A stretch of DNA of 64,000 nt, taken from Mayamaea pseudoterrestris. Its lineage: Eukaryota. Under the pieces are notes generated by a model. The model did not search any database and was not told the origin of the DNA. It saw only the letters and a program-made list of their open reading frames with translations. The stretch covers positions 62,001 through 126,000 of the forward strand of contig BROI01000013.1 in assembly GCA_027923505.1 (NCBI GenBank), given 5' to 3'. Position numbers and translations under genes: made by a program. The first letter of the stretch is position 1. Each line of letters begins with the position of its first letter. This document shows, in pieces, positions 46,091 through 58,370 of this stretch.

Positions 46091-48840
46091 GTTCATCTTC
46101 GCGCTGGCATTTCTGTGGGAGGCAGCATCGGCGTTTGGTTTATTCGCTGATCAGCCAAAAAAAACGTTCTTTGGCGGGCGTCGCTTGGCCGCCATCGGCG
46201 TTTGGTCCTTTTTTTGTACCGTCAACGACAAGATTTTTGGTAAAATGGCTCCGCCATTTTGGGTTCGCTGATTCAAACTCGCACGCCTTTTGCAAACTGG
46301 CTCGAGTGTCATCGAAATGTCGCTGTGTCCGTTATCGTTTTGTCATTGAATCGCACATTGCCCAAAGAGTACAGCAGCGACCAACAAGTGCCTTTGTTCT
46401 GCGTCCTCTGAGCTGCTGGTGAGGCAGTGAATTGTTTCCTGAAGCTACCGCACGTCTTCGTCTTGGTCCCTCCCCTACGAGAACTGTTTGCCTCTTCAGC
46501 ATCAACCAACTCATCGCATTCGGATTCCCACTGCTGGTAAAAAAGTGATAGTTGCGTTCGCCATCGCTTGCTGCGTGATTCGTGTTCGCTCAAGCAATGC
46601 TTTTACAGTCAGTAATGGCAGAACGCGCGTTGTAGCTACCACACTCGTTAACAATGGTGACATTAACTTACTTTGAAATGGACCTCCCGTTTGGCTCCGG
46701 TATGTACCTAGTGCCAAACGACTGTTGTCGTTGCGCATGTCTGTGCATTGCCAAAAGCCTCAATCAAGATTTGAAGATAAAACTTGATCTTCAGTGATTA
46801 ATCGAGGTCGACTCGGTAACGAGGCTGCTTTCGTCCGTAATTCGGCGACTTCCTCATTTTTCGTTGCTTCCGTCTTGCCCCACCCGTTCGCCTTGATAAT
46901 GCTTTGGTTGCGGACCGTTCCAGGTGCATGAAGGTGGTGCTCCTGCACCAAAACACTGGTCCTCTCTGTATACTGTAATTTGCGAACGGAACCAACAATC
47001 AAAGCACTGTAGGCACGATTCGCCGTCAGAAATAAATCGCGCTTGTTTGAAAACTCTGATGATGCGATACTGATTAACATTTGTTCTTCTAATGTCATCC
47101 CCTCGACGTAAATTCGCGCGATATGTTAACTGGGAAATAAGAATTGACCGTGTAATCTCTCGTTGAAACCTGTTCTAATTGTAGAGGCAACTTCCCTCTG
47201 AAATTTGTGGAAGAGCAAAACTTCACAACCAATTCTAACAGCATAACTTGAGCTGTCTGTGATCTTGTGGAGGGTTCCATCCTTTGACAACGCTGGAGCT
47301 GTATGTGTGTTCCTCAGTTTTTCTCCTTCCTTGATTCACGGCATGAATAGATGTTTCGAGGGGATCTTCGTGTCGACTGGATCTTTCTTTCCGCAACGGA
47401 TCGAAAAAGTACTCGCTGCCGAGAACAAAAAGCAACGGTTATGAATCTATACTGTCTCAACGACTACCTTAGACTCCGATGGTTTCCGACGTACTGTCCC
47501 CTGCGTCCGTTTGGTTCCATTGCCTTGTTTTCGAGGACTTGCGCTTCTGCGGGTGATTTACCCATGATAATTTCGATTTTTAAAGACTGAACCAAGTATG
47601 ATGTCGCTGCCGAGACGACTAAATGTGCCATGTGCGGCGAGATGAGTGAGGTGGGTGATGGATGGTTGTTTTTTCGTGAAATGGCCTAGGAACGTTTACC
47701 GGAACGACATCAAGACATGACCCTCGAAATACATTGATATAATATTCTTCATGCCTTTGTTTTGAAATGGTCTCCATTGCTCTTTTCTTCTCTGCAAGAC
47801 ACGAAACTTGCGTCAACGACCCATCCCATTCACATTCAATAAACTGCGACTCGTCGTCTTCCTCTGCTTACTTGTACTCAACATCTCTTCCAAAACTGGA
47901 TTCTCTTGTTCGCATGCTGGCGGCATGGAAAGTTTGAAATTCTTTCCGCATCTTTTCCAGTTGCGATCACCCTCGATGAAGGAACCGAATTGGGAATCAT
48001 CAAGACCGAGAGAATGGTGGAGAAACGTTTGCAGGACTGTCTTGGTGGACTGATCGGCGGTCCATTTGGTGAGTCGTGCAGTCATGCAGTATGCAATAAC
48101 GCACCTCATGTCGACAGACCCGTGCATTTCGTACCGTAGACCCCTTCTCATGCTATACTCGTTTGTTTTCATCATTTCAGGGCAATCTTTGGGCGACCAT
48201 TGGGTCGAATATTATTAGACAAGAAAGGCGCGGAATCAAGCACGAGAAAGTGACATGGCAAAACTTGGGATCGATTCCGACATGCTACTGGCTGCCCAAG
48301 AGGTGGCGGAGGCACTGGAACGATACAAGTGAAGGCTTGAAAACAGTTCAAGACAGTTTATTTTCGTTACGCAGCGACTTGCCGAGCGCCTTGGAAACTG
48401 ATGCCGAAATGCGCTCATGGGTAAGGCGAAATCATATGGCCATTGACGGAACGAGGAAAGGCGAGGAAGATTCTGCTGGAACGACAATTCACGCTGGAGA
48501 AGCTCAAAACGACTTTAAAGAGTTGCATTGTCATGAAGAGTCGATTGGAAGTCATGGAACGGAACGTTGGCGTGCTGGAACGCAAAGCTATGGATATCGA
48601 AACGTTGCTACAACGAACCGTTGGCGCCAAGGCAATGCAAAGGTCCTCACGTTGGAGCAGCTCTCTCTCCCAGACGAAGACCCATTGCTGAGGCAGTTTC
48701 GTGACATGGGTATCAGAATAGATTGTCTATATGCACAAGAATACATGTACATGCTCGAGCACACACTGCTCATCGCATCAGCACCAGCACACCATCGAAC
48801 TAATGCATCGGAATGATGCGGTGCGTACTGCAGCACCTAG
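46091..48840. other. Unassigned region of fragmented ORFs, possibly a decayed transposon
   Basis: Many short broken ORFs with protein-like composition; no motif recognised; abrupt junction with the myosin remnant. Confidence 0.3.
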
Positions 48841-48943
48841 AAATGGTGATTGAACAATAGTAGTGGTAAGTTACAGTAAAGACTCATATCGCCTCATTAC
48901 TAGATGCATACAGTAAAGTTTCGTCGCACGGTACGGTAGGGGT

Positions 48944-49203
48944 TGTTGGTGGGTTTTCGAATGGCGCGCCATTGCGTCAGTCGCATTCGAGTCACGCTTG
49001 TCACGCTTGCCGATTGACGATTGACTGATTCATTCATTCTTCTCATTCTTTCATTCTTCCATTGGCGCATCCTCCTGGCCATAATATCATTCCTTTCTCC
49101 TCTTTTACGTTCCATGTACCAGTACATACAAAGATTAGCGATACGAATGCGAGCAATCATTTTTGTTGCTGTTTCGTGAAGCGGCCGCTTTCTTCAATTA
49201 ACA
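48944..49203 (+). repeat. Candidate 5' LTR of the copia element
   Basis: 260 bp bounded by TGTT...AACA directly upstream of gag-like frames; no second copy in the window to confirm. Confidence 0.4.
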
Positions 49204-52200
49204 GTTTCTTCGGCTCATCGACACGTACGCAACGATCGACCGAAGCAACTGAGAAAATACTCATTGTACATGAAATCAAAGGAAACCAATATTTGTCATA
49301 TGGAAGATTCAACGAAGATCCCGACTCAAACTCGGACGAAGCGAGCCGACGCTCGCTGGATTCATCGACTATAACGGTTCGCGCGATCCCGATGGATTCA
49401 TCCGTACGACGAACAGATCATCACTTTCGTCGGGCGCTCCTACAAGAAATATACCAAGGAGCTGCTCAAGGGCATGCGCAACGTGGAACTGAGATTCCTG
49501 ACGAGCCTGCACGTCCAACTGAAGGATGCCGACACGACGGACTCGGACTGGTCCATAATGCTCGAGGAATACAAGGCCGACAAGAAAGAGCATGTCGAGC
49601 GCGTGCGTGTATACTTCCGACTTCCTCGTTGGTCTCTACGCCGTGTTGCATGGACAATGCACGGAGCGTATGAAGGATCGTGTCAAGTCGCACGCCAAGT
49701 TCCGAGACGCCGAGGAGGACACGGACGGAATTGTTGCTGGCGATTATCAAGGAGATCTCGCATACGTACGAAGGGCGCTGCAAACTTGTGGATCAAGTCG
49801 TGACATTCAAGCTGAGTTGTTCGGACGTACTCAAGGAGCGCGCGAAAGCCTGCAGAAATATTACGAAAGCATGGTCACGCTGGCAGACGTGGCGAAGGGG
49901 CGGTTGGCGTCACGATGCACAACGAGATTGTGGCGCTGGAACACTGCCGAGGATGACAATCGTAACAAGGCGAACAAGGAGGATATCAAGGCCGCCGAAG
50001 AGCTCGAGCTTGCGATGCTTTTCGTGCGTGGCGCCACGGGCGAATACGCTGGGCAGTGCAAGCACTTGCGCAACTGCTACCTCGACGGGCACGACAACTT
50101 CCCGTTGACGATCCACGATGCATACAACATCATGCAGCGTCGTGAGCATGCGGATGGAGAAGCCACGTTGCCAACGAACGAGGGCGTGGCGTTTCACACG
50201 ACTGGTACAGCGCGTGACCCTCCCAGATGCTGGACCTGTCAACAGGTTGGTCATGTGCAGCGAGACTGTCCTACGAGAACGGAGTCTACGGAGAGTGCGC
50301 CGGCTGCAGAGGCTAGTTGGGGGCGCAGCACTTCACGCTGGGTAGCGAGGAAGAAAGCGATGACGACGATGAGGTCGGATACATGTTCGCGCAGCCGCCG
50401 AAGGTGAACATCTCGAAGAAGGCTGTGCTCTTGGACAATCAGTCGACAGTGGATCTGTTCTGCAACGCCAAGATGCTGACGAACATTCGCCCGGTGCCAA
50501 CGTGGATGGTGACTGGCGCAACGCTGGTACAGTAAGGACGAACATGATGGGCGACCTGGAGGGCTATGGTCCGGTGTGGTGGTATCCGCAGGGACTGGCG
50601 AACATTTTGAGTTTGGCGCAAGTCCGCAAGAAGTTTACCGTGGAGTATCTCATGCACGGCGTGGATCGTCCAATGTTCGTTGTGGAGAAGCCGGATGGTA
50701 AGCAGCGAGAGTTTGTCGAGACTGACTCTGGGCTGTATGTTTGCGAGAGCTTTTCGAAGGGCAAGCGCAGCGATGTCAAGGATGGAGTGGCGATGTTGAC
50801 TACGGTAGACGATAACCGTACTAACTACACCAATGATGACTATTTACGCGCTGTTAGAGCTAGGGAACTGCAAATCAAAATTGGACGGCCAAGCCTCAAG
50901 GATTACCTGCGCATCGTTACTAGCAATCAGTTGCCGAACTGTCCTGTGACGAAGGCCGACATCCTGGCTGCTGAGCACATCTTTGGACCAGATGTTGGCT
51001 CGTTAAAGGAAAGACGACGCGTCGCGCGTCGCATCTGGTGAAGCCTGCGATTGTTGAGCAGCTTCCACCGGCTATCATGAGTCGCTATCGAGACGTTACT
51101 CTTTGTGCTGACATCATGTATATCAACAAAGTCCCTATGTTGGTGACGTTCTCCCGCAGCATTCGTTTTGCTACGGTTGAGGTGATTCAAAACCGTACGC
51201 TTCCGGTTATGTTGAAGGCAATCGAGTCTGTGTTGAAGATTTACGCACGCGGTGGGTTCCGGGTCGTCGCGGCTCTGATGGATGGGGAGTTCGCTCCAAT
51301 GCTTGGCGCGTTGGCTGATCTCGGAGTGGCGCTCAATGCGACATCTGAGGATGAACACGTTGGCGAAATTGAACGTTTTATCCGTGTCGTGAAAGAACGG
51401 GTGCGCGCGACATACAACACGTTGCCATTTAAGCACGTGCCGGCACGCTTGGTTATCGAAATGACGAAGTCTGCCGTGTTTTGCTGAATGCGTTTCCGAA
51501 CGAGCGTGGCATTTCGAAGGATCTCAGTCCACGCACTATTGTGACTGGTCAGACAGTTGACTTTAATCGGCATTGCAAGTATGAATTTGGTCAGTATGTG
51601 CAAACGCATGAGTCGCACAGCAATGACATGCAGGCGCGCACGATCGGTGCGCTGGCTCTGCGCCCGACTGGTAATGTGCAGGGTGGGTTTTATTTCTCAG
51701 TTTGTCTTCGGGCAAGTTCTGAATCGTGGGCACGCTACGCCTTTGCCCATGCCTGATGATGTCATTGAGCGCGTGCATCGTCTCGCTCGTCAACAGAAGG
51801 CCAATCCGGGCATCGTGTTCATGGACCGCCACCGTGTTGCGGAGGCTGCTGAGCCAGTCATGTGGCACGAAGATGACGCCGAGGATGATGATGACTCTGA
51901 TTATGATGACGACGCTTCTCGCGGTGACGACGACTCTGCCGGCGGAAGCGAAGGAGTGAATGCGACCGATGACGACGACGACGACGACGATGGTGCTGAC
52001 GGCGCAATCGAAGGAGTGCCGAACGACGAGGATGGTGAGGCCATTGACGGCGAACTTGACGACGCGCCAGCCGTGGATGATGGCGAAATTGAAGGAGTGC
52101 CCGATGAAGGCGAAATTGAAGGAGTGCCAGCTGCTGCAGACGAAGAGGATTTCGATGCGCGCTATGGCCCACGCACTGGTCGGTATGGCCTGCGTGCGCG

Positions 52201-53711
52201 CAAACCTCGCTCGTTCGCTCATTTGTTCACGCTCGACGCTGCAGAGGAAGTGTCGGAGCCACTCGTCACGGCACAGATGAATATGCGACAAGGTTTAAAG
52301 GCTTTTGGCGATGCTGGAGTGGAGGCAGTGCGCAAGGAAATGCAGCAGCTACACGACAGGCACGTCATGAAGGCAGTCCCCAATGCACTCTGACTCCGCA
52401 GCAGCGCAAGGACGCTCTGGCGTATTTGATGTTTCTCAAGCGCAAGAGATGCGGGACTGTGAAGGGACGCGGATGCGCGGATGGACGCAAGCAACGAGCA
52501 TACACTGCAAAGGAAGACGCAGCATCTCCAACGATAGCGACAGAGGCCATCTTTCTGACAGCTATCATTGACGCTATGGAAGGGCGCGAGGTTGCTGTGG
52601 TTGATGTACCGGGTGCTTTCATGCAAGCGGAAATGGATGAGTTGGTGCACGTTCGTTTCACTGGGAAGATGGTGGAGCTACTGTTGGAAATTGATCGCGA
52701 GATGTACGAGCCTTGCGTCACAATGGAGAATGGCGAGAAAGTCATGTATGTTGAATTACTCATGGCGCTTTATGGTACGCTTCGAGCAGCGCGACTATTC
52801 TGGGAGAAGTTGTCCGCAAAATTGCTTGAGTGGGGCTTCGAGAAGAACCCGTACGATCCGTGTGTGTGCAACAAGATTGTCAATGGGAAGCAAATCACCG
52901 TGGGATGGCACGTGGACGATTTGAAGATTTCGCACGTCGACGTGAGCGTAGTGGATGAGTTCATCGCGCAGATGGATGAGGAGTTTGGCAAGGAGACTCC
53001 AATGAATAAGTCACGCGGAAAAGTGCACGACTACCTCGGCATGGTATTGGACTATACTAAGCCTGGAGAAGTAGCAATCAACATGGTTGACTATGTGAAG
53101 AACATCCTGCATCATGCGCCAGACGACATGGATGGAACGGCAGCTACTCCGGCAGCCAGTCACTTGTTTCAGATATCGGAAAATCCTGTCATGTTGAGCG
53201 AAGCGAAGAAGCAGATTTTTGTGACGATTGTGATGCAGTGTCTGTATCTGAGTCAGCGAGCGCGACCGGATATTCGCACAGCGATTTCTTTCTTGAGCAC
53301 GAGGCTGCAGCAGCCTGACGAAGACGACTATAAGAAGGCTGCAAGAGTGATTAAATATTTACGCGGAAGCGTGGACATGGTGTTGACGCTGAAGGCGGAC
53401 CAGTCCGGGATAGTCCAGTGGTGGGTGGATGCGTCGTACGCGGTGCACCCAGACATGAAGGGTCACACTGGTGGAACAATGACACTTGGCCAAGGATCAG
53501 TGTACAGTACGTCGGCTAAACAGAAGTTGGTAACAAGAAGCTCGACGGAGAGCGAAGTTGTGGGAGTTCATGATGTGCTACCGCAGTTGCTGTGGACAGG
53601 ATATTTTCTGAAGGCGCAAGGTTTCGGGGTCAAAGACACGAAATTGTATCAAGACAATATGAGTTCAATGCTGTTGGAAAAGAATGGCAGAAGCTCAAGT
53701 ACAAAGCGCAC
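48944..53711 (+). mobile_element. Ty1/copia LTR retrotransposon (diatom CoDi-like), frameshifted, truncated in RNase H
   Basis: Gag knuckle CWTCQQVGHVQRDC; protease LLDNQSTVDLF; integrase ADIMY..DGEF..EHVGEIERFIRVVKER; RT KGRGCADG, DVPGAF, LYG, WHVDDL; RNase H VDASYAVH, SSTESE, YQDNMS; order PR-IN-RT-RH. Confidence 0.95.
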
Positions 53712-54815
53712 TCATCTTCCTCCTCATCTCTCTTTCATATCAACAGCTTCTTTTTTATTTCCCTTCACTGACCTGCTTGCTGCTTCCGCGCCGCCCCTTG
53801 GTGTTTGGTTTCGCCATCGTCAATCGGAGCTGCAAGATCCGCTGCGCTGAAATAATGTGCACGTTCGTTTCGCGTCGTGCCCCGCCAGGAAAGATTTTGT
53901 GTCGTAGCGGTACAATTAAATACCGGTGCGATGTGACGTCGAACTGCCTGCCGACTGCCGACGACGAGATCCTTGTATCAAACGAACGGAATTCTTTCCT
54001 AGCCACCTTGATTCCAACAGCAACGAGTGAATTGATAAGCTCCATAACAAAGAAAGCTTTGAAATTCTAAAAATGGAGGAAAGGAGTCGTTGATAAATCA
54101 AAGAGCATTACGTATCGTATACGGTATCAACAAGTTCCATGGTCGAATGGGTGAAATTGGAATGATGGTGGAAGGACTTCTTCGCTTCTTCGTAGATCAA
54201 GCCCTTTCAGTATCTCAATAACTATATCAAGCTGCTTTTGGTCGAGGCCTTGAAGCAATTTGACAGAATCCATATCTGTAGTTACATGCTGGATTAATGA
54301 GTATGAGCATGCATAGATCCGGTTCTTATGACGTTCGTTGCGCAAATACATTTTTTTGTGGTACAGTCTGGTGGTGTCGTGGCTTTTATATGATAAAGAA
54401 CATATCCGTCTTTCAAACCAATCGAACCGAAGTGCAAACGGCGAAAAGGTAGTGTATCTCGGCTGACAAGATATGCCTTGACTAGCGCAAGGTCCATGGC
54501 GGTAGCGTCTGTTACCACTTATAGTTCCGTCCAGCGATTGTCAGTGCGAAATCATTTTAGCGCAAGCGACTACACCAGCAGGACTTGTTACGAGAATGTG
54601 TACACTGGAGGAAACTGAGAAAATAGGGAGTGTATTACCGTGCGCCGCCTTTCGCAAGGCAAAGAGAACTCTAATCCAATTTCAATTTTTGACCCAGACA
54701 ATGCTGTCGTTCCTTGCCGCAAGCCATGTTTCGATAATTGAACAAGCGGAATTATAAAATAACTTTAAGTAACGTATATTACTCAATTACACACATAAAT
54801 ATATTGCCCTGCCCG

Positions 54816-57800
54816 TCATCGCCCGCCATCTTCGATAGACTCTGTTAAAAGTTCTAGAACCTTGTCCAAACCTATTGCACGCCACATTGCCTGCCAATTG
54901 TTGTCAATTGGTGCAGTGTCAAGCTTTCGGGCGACGGTATGCATTTGCTCAGGACTGGCACCATATGGATACATGCCAGCCCGCTCTGCTCGTTGATGCA
55001 TGGCGGTGAGTTCAGCGGGTGACATGACAGGATTGCGGGACATAAAATTGATTCCCTCAAACACACGAACGCCTCCTCGTTCGAGGCATTGGAACTGAAT
55101 CGCTTCCGTGTAGTCGCCAGTCTTCGGATCCGTTTGAATGTCGACAATGTAGTTTGGAAACTCGACACCAAAGCCTTTTTCGCGCAAAATACCTGGAGAG
55201 TCGTTTGGATCGACACGTCCAAACAAAAAGTAATGAGCGCCATTCGCAACGGGACTCTTGTCCCATGACAGGGGTGCTGCCTCGGGGGCCGGTCCTCTTA
55301 CTCCAAAGTCGTCGATCCAACCATTGCCATCGTTCGTCAATCGAATATCTAATGTCGTGTCATAAACTTCCTTGAACTGGGTCCAGTCGTGGAACTTGGC
55401 CTCGTACCACAGCCCCTGATACTTGTTCAGGTCAAAATTTTCCATGCTTGGCTGACGGACCTCGTCGTAGGAAGGGCAACCCTTGACGAGTTTACCCTGA
55501 TAAGCATCGTCGAGGGCAAGGTTGTAGTCGCCAAGACCAGCTTGTCCGTCAAGGCCAGCTCCAACGTGATTAATGAATGCCGCAACCAAACCAACGTTCA
55601 CCGCGTCTCGTACTTGCTTGGAAGAAGACATCGCCCAGATCACCGAAACATTGCCTGCCGCGAATAGAATCGGTATCAGTCCGCCAATTTGGGGCCCAGG
55701 AGTTCCGTGCAGCACTTCGCTTATCCAAAGTATGGGTTGTAGTAAGGGATGGGCCACAGCAAAAAAAATCCAGAAGTTGAGGGCTGCCCAAAACTCAGTA
55801 GGATCGGGAGTGTTTCCTTTCATCACCACTAGCGATTGGATAAAGTCAACCCAACCTTGCCAATGACTTGCTACCGCTACTCCTCCCAATATCATTGACA
55901 CCCAAACAAGAAGGTTTGATGGCAAGCGTAGCGCTGTGTCAGTGCGCTCAATCGCAACGTCCGCATTTGCACTTTGCGCCACTCGTTTCCCTGTGGCAAC
56001 CGTTTCGACCAGATCCACAAATGCGTCCGCAAAATTCGCATTCGTCGCTCCATCCACAATCGGCGACACAGGATGAAAGGTGAGCTTCAACAGGCCATTC
56101 ACCGTCATGCAGGAAACGGGATATAGGCAACCCGAGAGAGTGTGAGGCGTCGCATAGAATATATCCCTAATTTGGTACTTTCCGTGGGTCGAGCTCAACA
56201 CTCTCCGCTTTGACGCCTTTTCTTGTTCCAGTGCAAATGCCTCTTGCCTCTCAAAAACACCAACGTTAGTAACACCGGCGCTGTATGCTCGTCCTTGTGA
56301 CGATTTTGACTTTGATGATAGATGTACAAGGTTGGTAAGGTCCGAAATTGTCATGGCAAAATCAAAGACTCGAACAGCATGAGCAGGTCCATCCGATTCG
56401 ATAAACTTTACTGTCTGTCGCTTCCCCTCCTGCGCCAGACCCCAAAAAATTTCTAAATTCTGCCTTGTCGGGTTTCGCCGTACCGTTTCACCACTTCTGT
56501 CGGGAATGGAGTCAAACATGAGGTCCATGCTCCCAGCCATGCAGGCAACTGTTTCGCCGTTATCTAGTTTGGCACCAAATCGTCGCATGTCAAGAGACTC
56601 TAAGATCTTGTAGTTCCGTTCTTGTTGCTGGGACTTGGCAAAACTACCTCTGTCGATGAAGTCACTCAGCGTCAGCGTCATGGCCGCCGTGAGTGCATGA
56701 GTAATTGAAACTCCCTGGGCGCGACAAGCGTGTAATAAGGCGCTAGTGACGTCTTTTGAAAGCGATCGAAACTGCACCGTTGATTTACGCGTGCTTGTCG
56801 CGTCATCAATCCCACCGGCGGCTTGTCCGGAAATTATGGAAAGGGCTCCTACGAGTGGATTCGTCGAGGACGCAGCTTCATGCTTTAGGGTCGTTTGTTC
56901 AGGCAAAATGACTGGATTTTTCAATGTTTCGGCAGCTTTGCCAATCACATACTGCAAAGTTCCAATCGACAATCCGCTGGTGCCAGCTTTCTTCCATTGT
57001 TGATCTCTACCCAGGACGGATTCCTCCATTGATACGGGCAAGTCATGTTGCATTAGTCGGATCGGTGATGCACTGGTACCACCGCTTTCCATGGTCGACA
57101 AAACTTCCAGAATTTGATCCAAGATGCGATTGGCACTACTTTGATCCGAGATTGCATGGTTGAAGCTGAAGACGAGTGCACAAGGAACATTGTTACTGGA
57201 AAAGGCATTTGCCTCGGTAGCAATTGTTGTCGTGTGAAGCTCCAGCTTCCAAAGCGGACCCGCATCAATTTGACACCAATCGCCGCAATCCAAGTCTTTC
57301 GCGAATGCTCTTTTCCAACTTGCTTCTAGTGCATCGGGTGATGCCACTTGGACGACGTGTAAAATGTCGTCGACGTGGAATTGGTCATCGTTTGCGACAA
57401 ATCGCAACGGATCAGGTTCGCCGACTCGTACCATTTGAAACAAATCAATCCGTTTCTCGGGCTCGCCCGTACCTTGGACGCGTGCACGTAGCAAAGGATG
57501 CGCTTGCTGGATTGTTCGGATCGCTTTGTGCAGCATTGTGAGCGACGGTGTGCGATTTAAAGTAGCTACCATGACATGGTTCATTTGCGCAAACTTTTCG
57601 CTCGACAAAGCGTATTGTCGAGGAAGCATGAGAAGCTCCTGTGAGCCCAGATTGCGAGATTGGGCTTTTTTGTAGCGAATGGTCGTCTCTGGTTGCTGTT
57701 CCAATGATGTTTGCTCCAATGGTGAAGCAAAAAAGTACGTTGAAGCTGAAGTGGTGACAGACTCGGGCGTTACGATAGGTTCTCGTTTTGCGAATTTCAG

Positions 57801-57959
57801 ACGAGATCTCTTGTGTGATGCCCAATAATAGCTCCATGTCGATGATTGATGCTTTGTCGGAACGAAAGCATTACTGAAATGATGTTGATGCCTTAGCAGC
57901 AGCAAAAAGGACGACAAGGTGCCGATGATGAAACAACGGCGACGACCGACAAGAAACAT
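54816..57959 (-). CDS. Plastid-targeted fusion: CoA-dependent acyltransferase (condensation/alcohol acetyltransferase fold) + 3-4 TM + lipocalin domain, 1047 aa
   Basis: Signal peptide then SNA-FVP; HPLLRARV, GPLWKL, FNHAISD (HxxxD), LDMRR, GVTNVG; TM block; FDLNKYQGLWYE, YIVDIQTD, FMSRNP lipocalin conserved regions. Confidence 0.85.
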   Translation of the reverse strand: MFLVGRRRCFIIGTLSSFLLLLRHQHHFSNAFVPTKHQSSTWSYYWASHKRSRLKFAKREPIVTPESVTTSASTYFFASPLEQTSLEQQPETTIRYKKAQSRNLGSQELLMLPRQYALSSEKFAQMNHVMVATLNRTPSLTMLHKAIRTIQQAHPLLRARVQGTGEPEKRIDLFQMVRVGEPDPLRFVANDDQFHVDDILHVVQVASPDALEASWKRAFAKDLDCGDWCQIDAGPLWKLELHTTTIATEANAFSSNNVPCALVFSFNHAISDQSSANRILDQILEVLSTMESGGTSASPIRLMQHDLPVSMEESVLGRDQQWKKAGTSGLSIGTLQYVIGKAAETLKNPVILPEQTTLKHEAASSTNPLVGALSIISGQAAGGIDDATSTRKSTVQFRSLSKDVTSALLHACRAQGVSITHALTAAMTLTLSDFIDRGSFAKSQQQERNYKILESLDMRRFGAKLDNGETVACMAGSMDLMFDSIPDRSGETVRRNPTRQNLEIFWGLAQEGKRQTVKFIESDGPAHAVRVFDFAMTISDLTNLVHLSSKSKSSQGRAYSAGVTNVGVFERQEAFALEQEKASKRRVLSSTHGKYQIRDIFYATPHTLSGCLYPVSCMTVNGLLKLTFHPVSPIVDGATNANFADAFVDLVETVATGKRVAQSANADVAIERTDTALRLPSNLLVWVSMILGGVAVASHWQGWVDFIQSLVVMKGNTPDPTEFWAALNFWIFFAVAHPLLQPILWISEVLHGTPGPQIGGLIPILFAAGNVSVIWAMSSSKQVRDAVNVGLVAAFINHVGAGLDGQAGLGDYNLALDDAYQGKLVKGCPSYDEVRQPSMENFDLNKYQGLWYEAKFHDWTQFKEVYDTTLDIRLTNDGNGWIDDFGVRGPAPEAAPLSWDKSPVANGAHYFLFGRVDPNDSPGILREKGFGVEFPNYIVDIQTDPKTGDYTEAIQFQCLERGGVRVFEGINFMSRNPVMSPAELTAMHQRAERAGMYPYGASPEQMHTVARKLDTAPIDNNWQAMWRAIGLDKVLELLTESIEDGGR

Positions 57960-58160
57960 GCTGATGATTTTACGGTTGCTAACTTTTATTCAATGCGTCT
58001 GTCTATTATACAGCAGGGGTTTCTGCAACGCTGACGAGTAATACTGTAGTAGAAGGTTTGATGATGGACTGATGAGATGTCGTTGAAGTGTTGCTGGAAC
58101 AAGCAATCCGCGCGCGTCATGACTTCGTGTACCGGTACGATTTTTCGACACTGTGAATCA

Positions 58161-58237
58161 AACAGTAGTGCCAAAAACTTTGATTTTCAACGGACGATGA
58201 CTGTGGCTCTAACAGTTGTGCCAAAAACTTTGATTTT
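58161..58237. repeat. 27-bp direct repeat pair, 50 bp apart, in a divergent promoter (also near 40102-40180)
   Basis: AACAGT(A/T)GTGCCAAAAACTTTGATTTT at 58161 and 58211. Confidence 0.85.
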
Positions 58238-58370
58238 TGACACTATGCTCGATCTAGTACACATCTTCATGAATACAGTGACTATGAAGTGGACTGTACT
58301 TTGTTATCGGCTTCGACGATTCTGCTGCTTCCAACCATGTCGAGCAGCTCATATCATACAAACAAACACC

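Noticed and set aside
51563..52291. 242-aa antisense ORF in the copia element and other long antisense ORFs
   Set aside because: Shadows of biased codon usage on the coding strand
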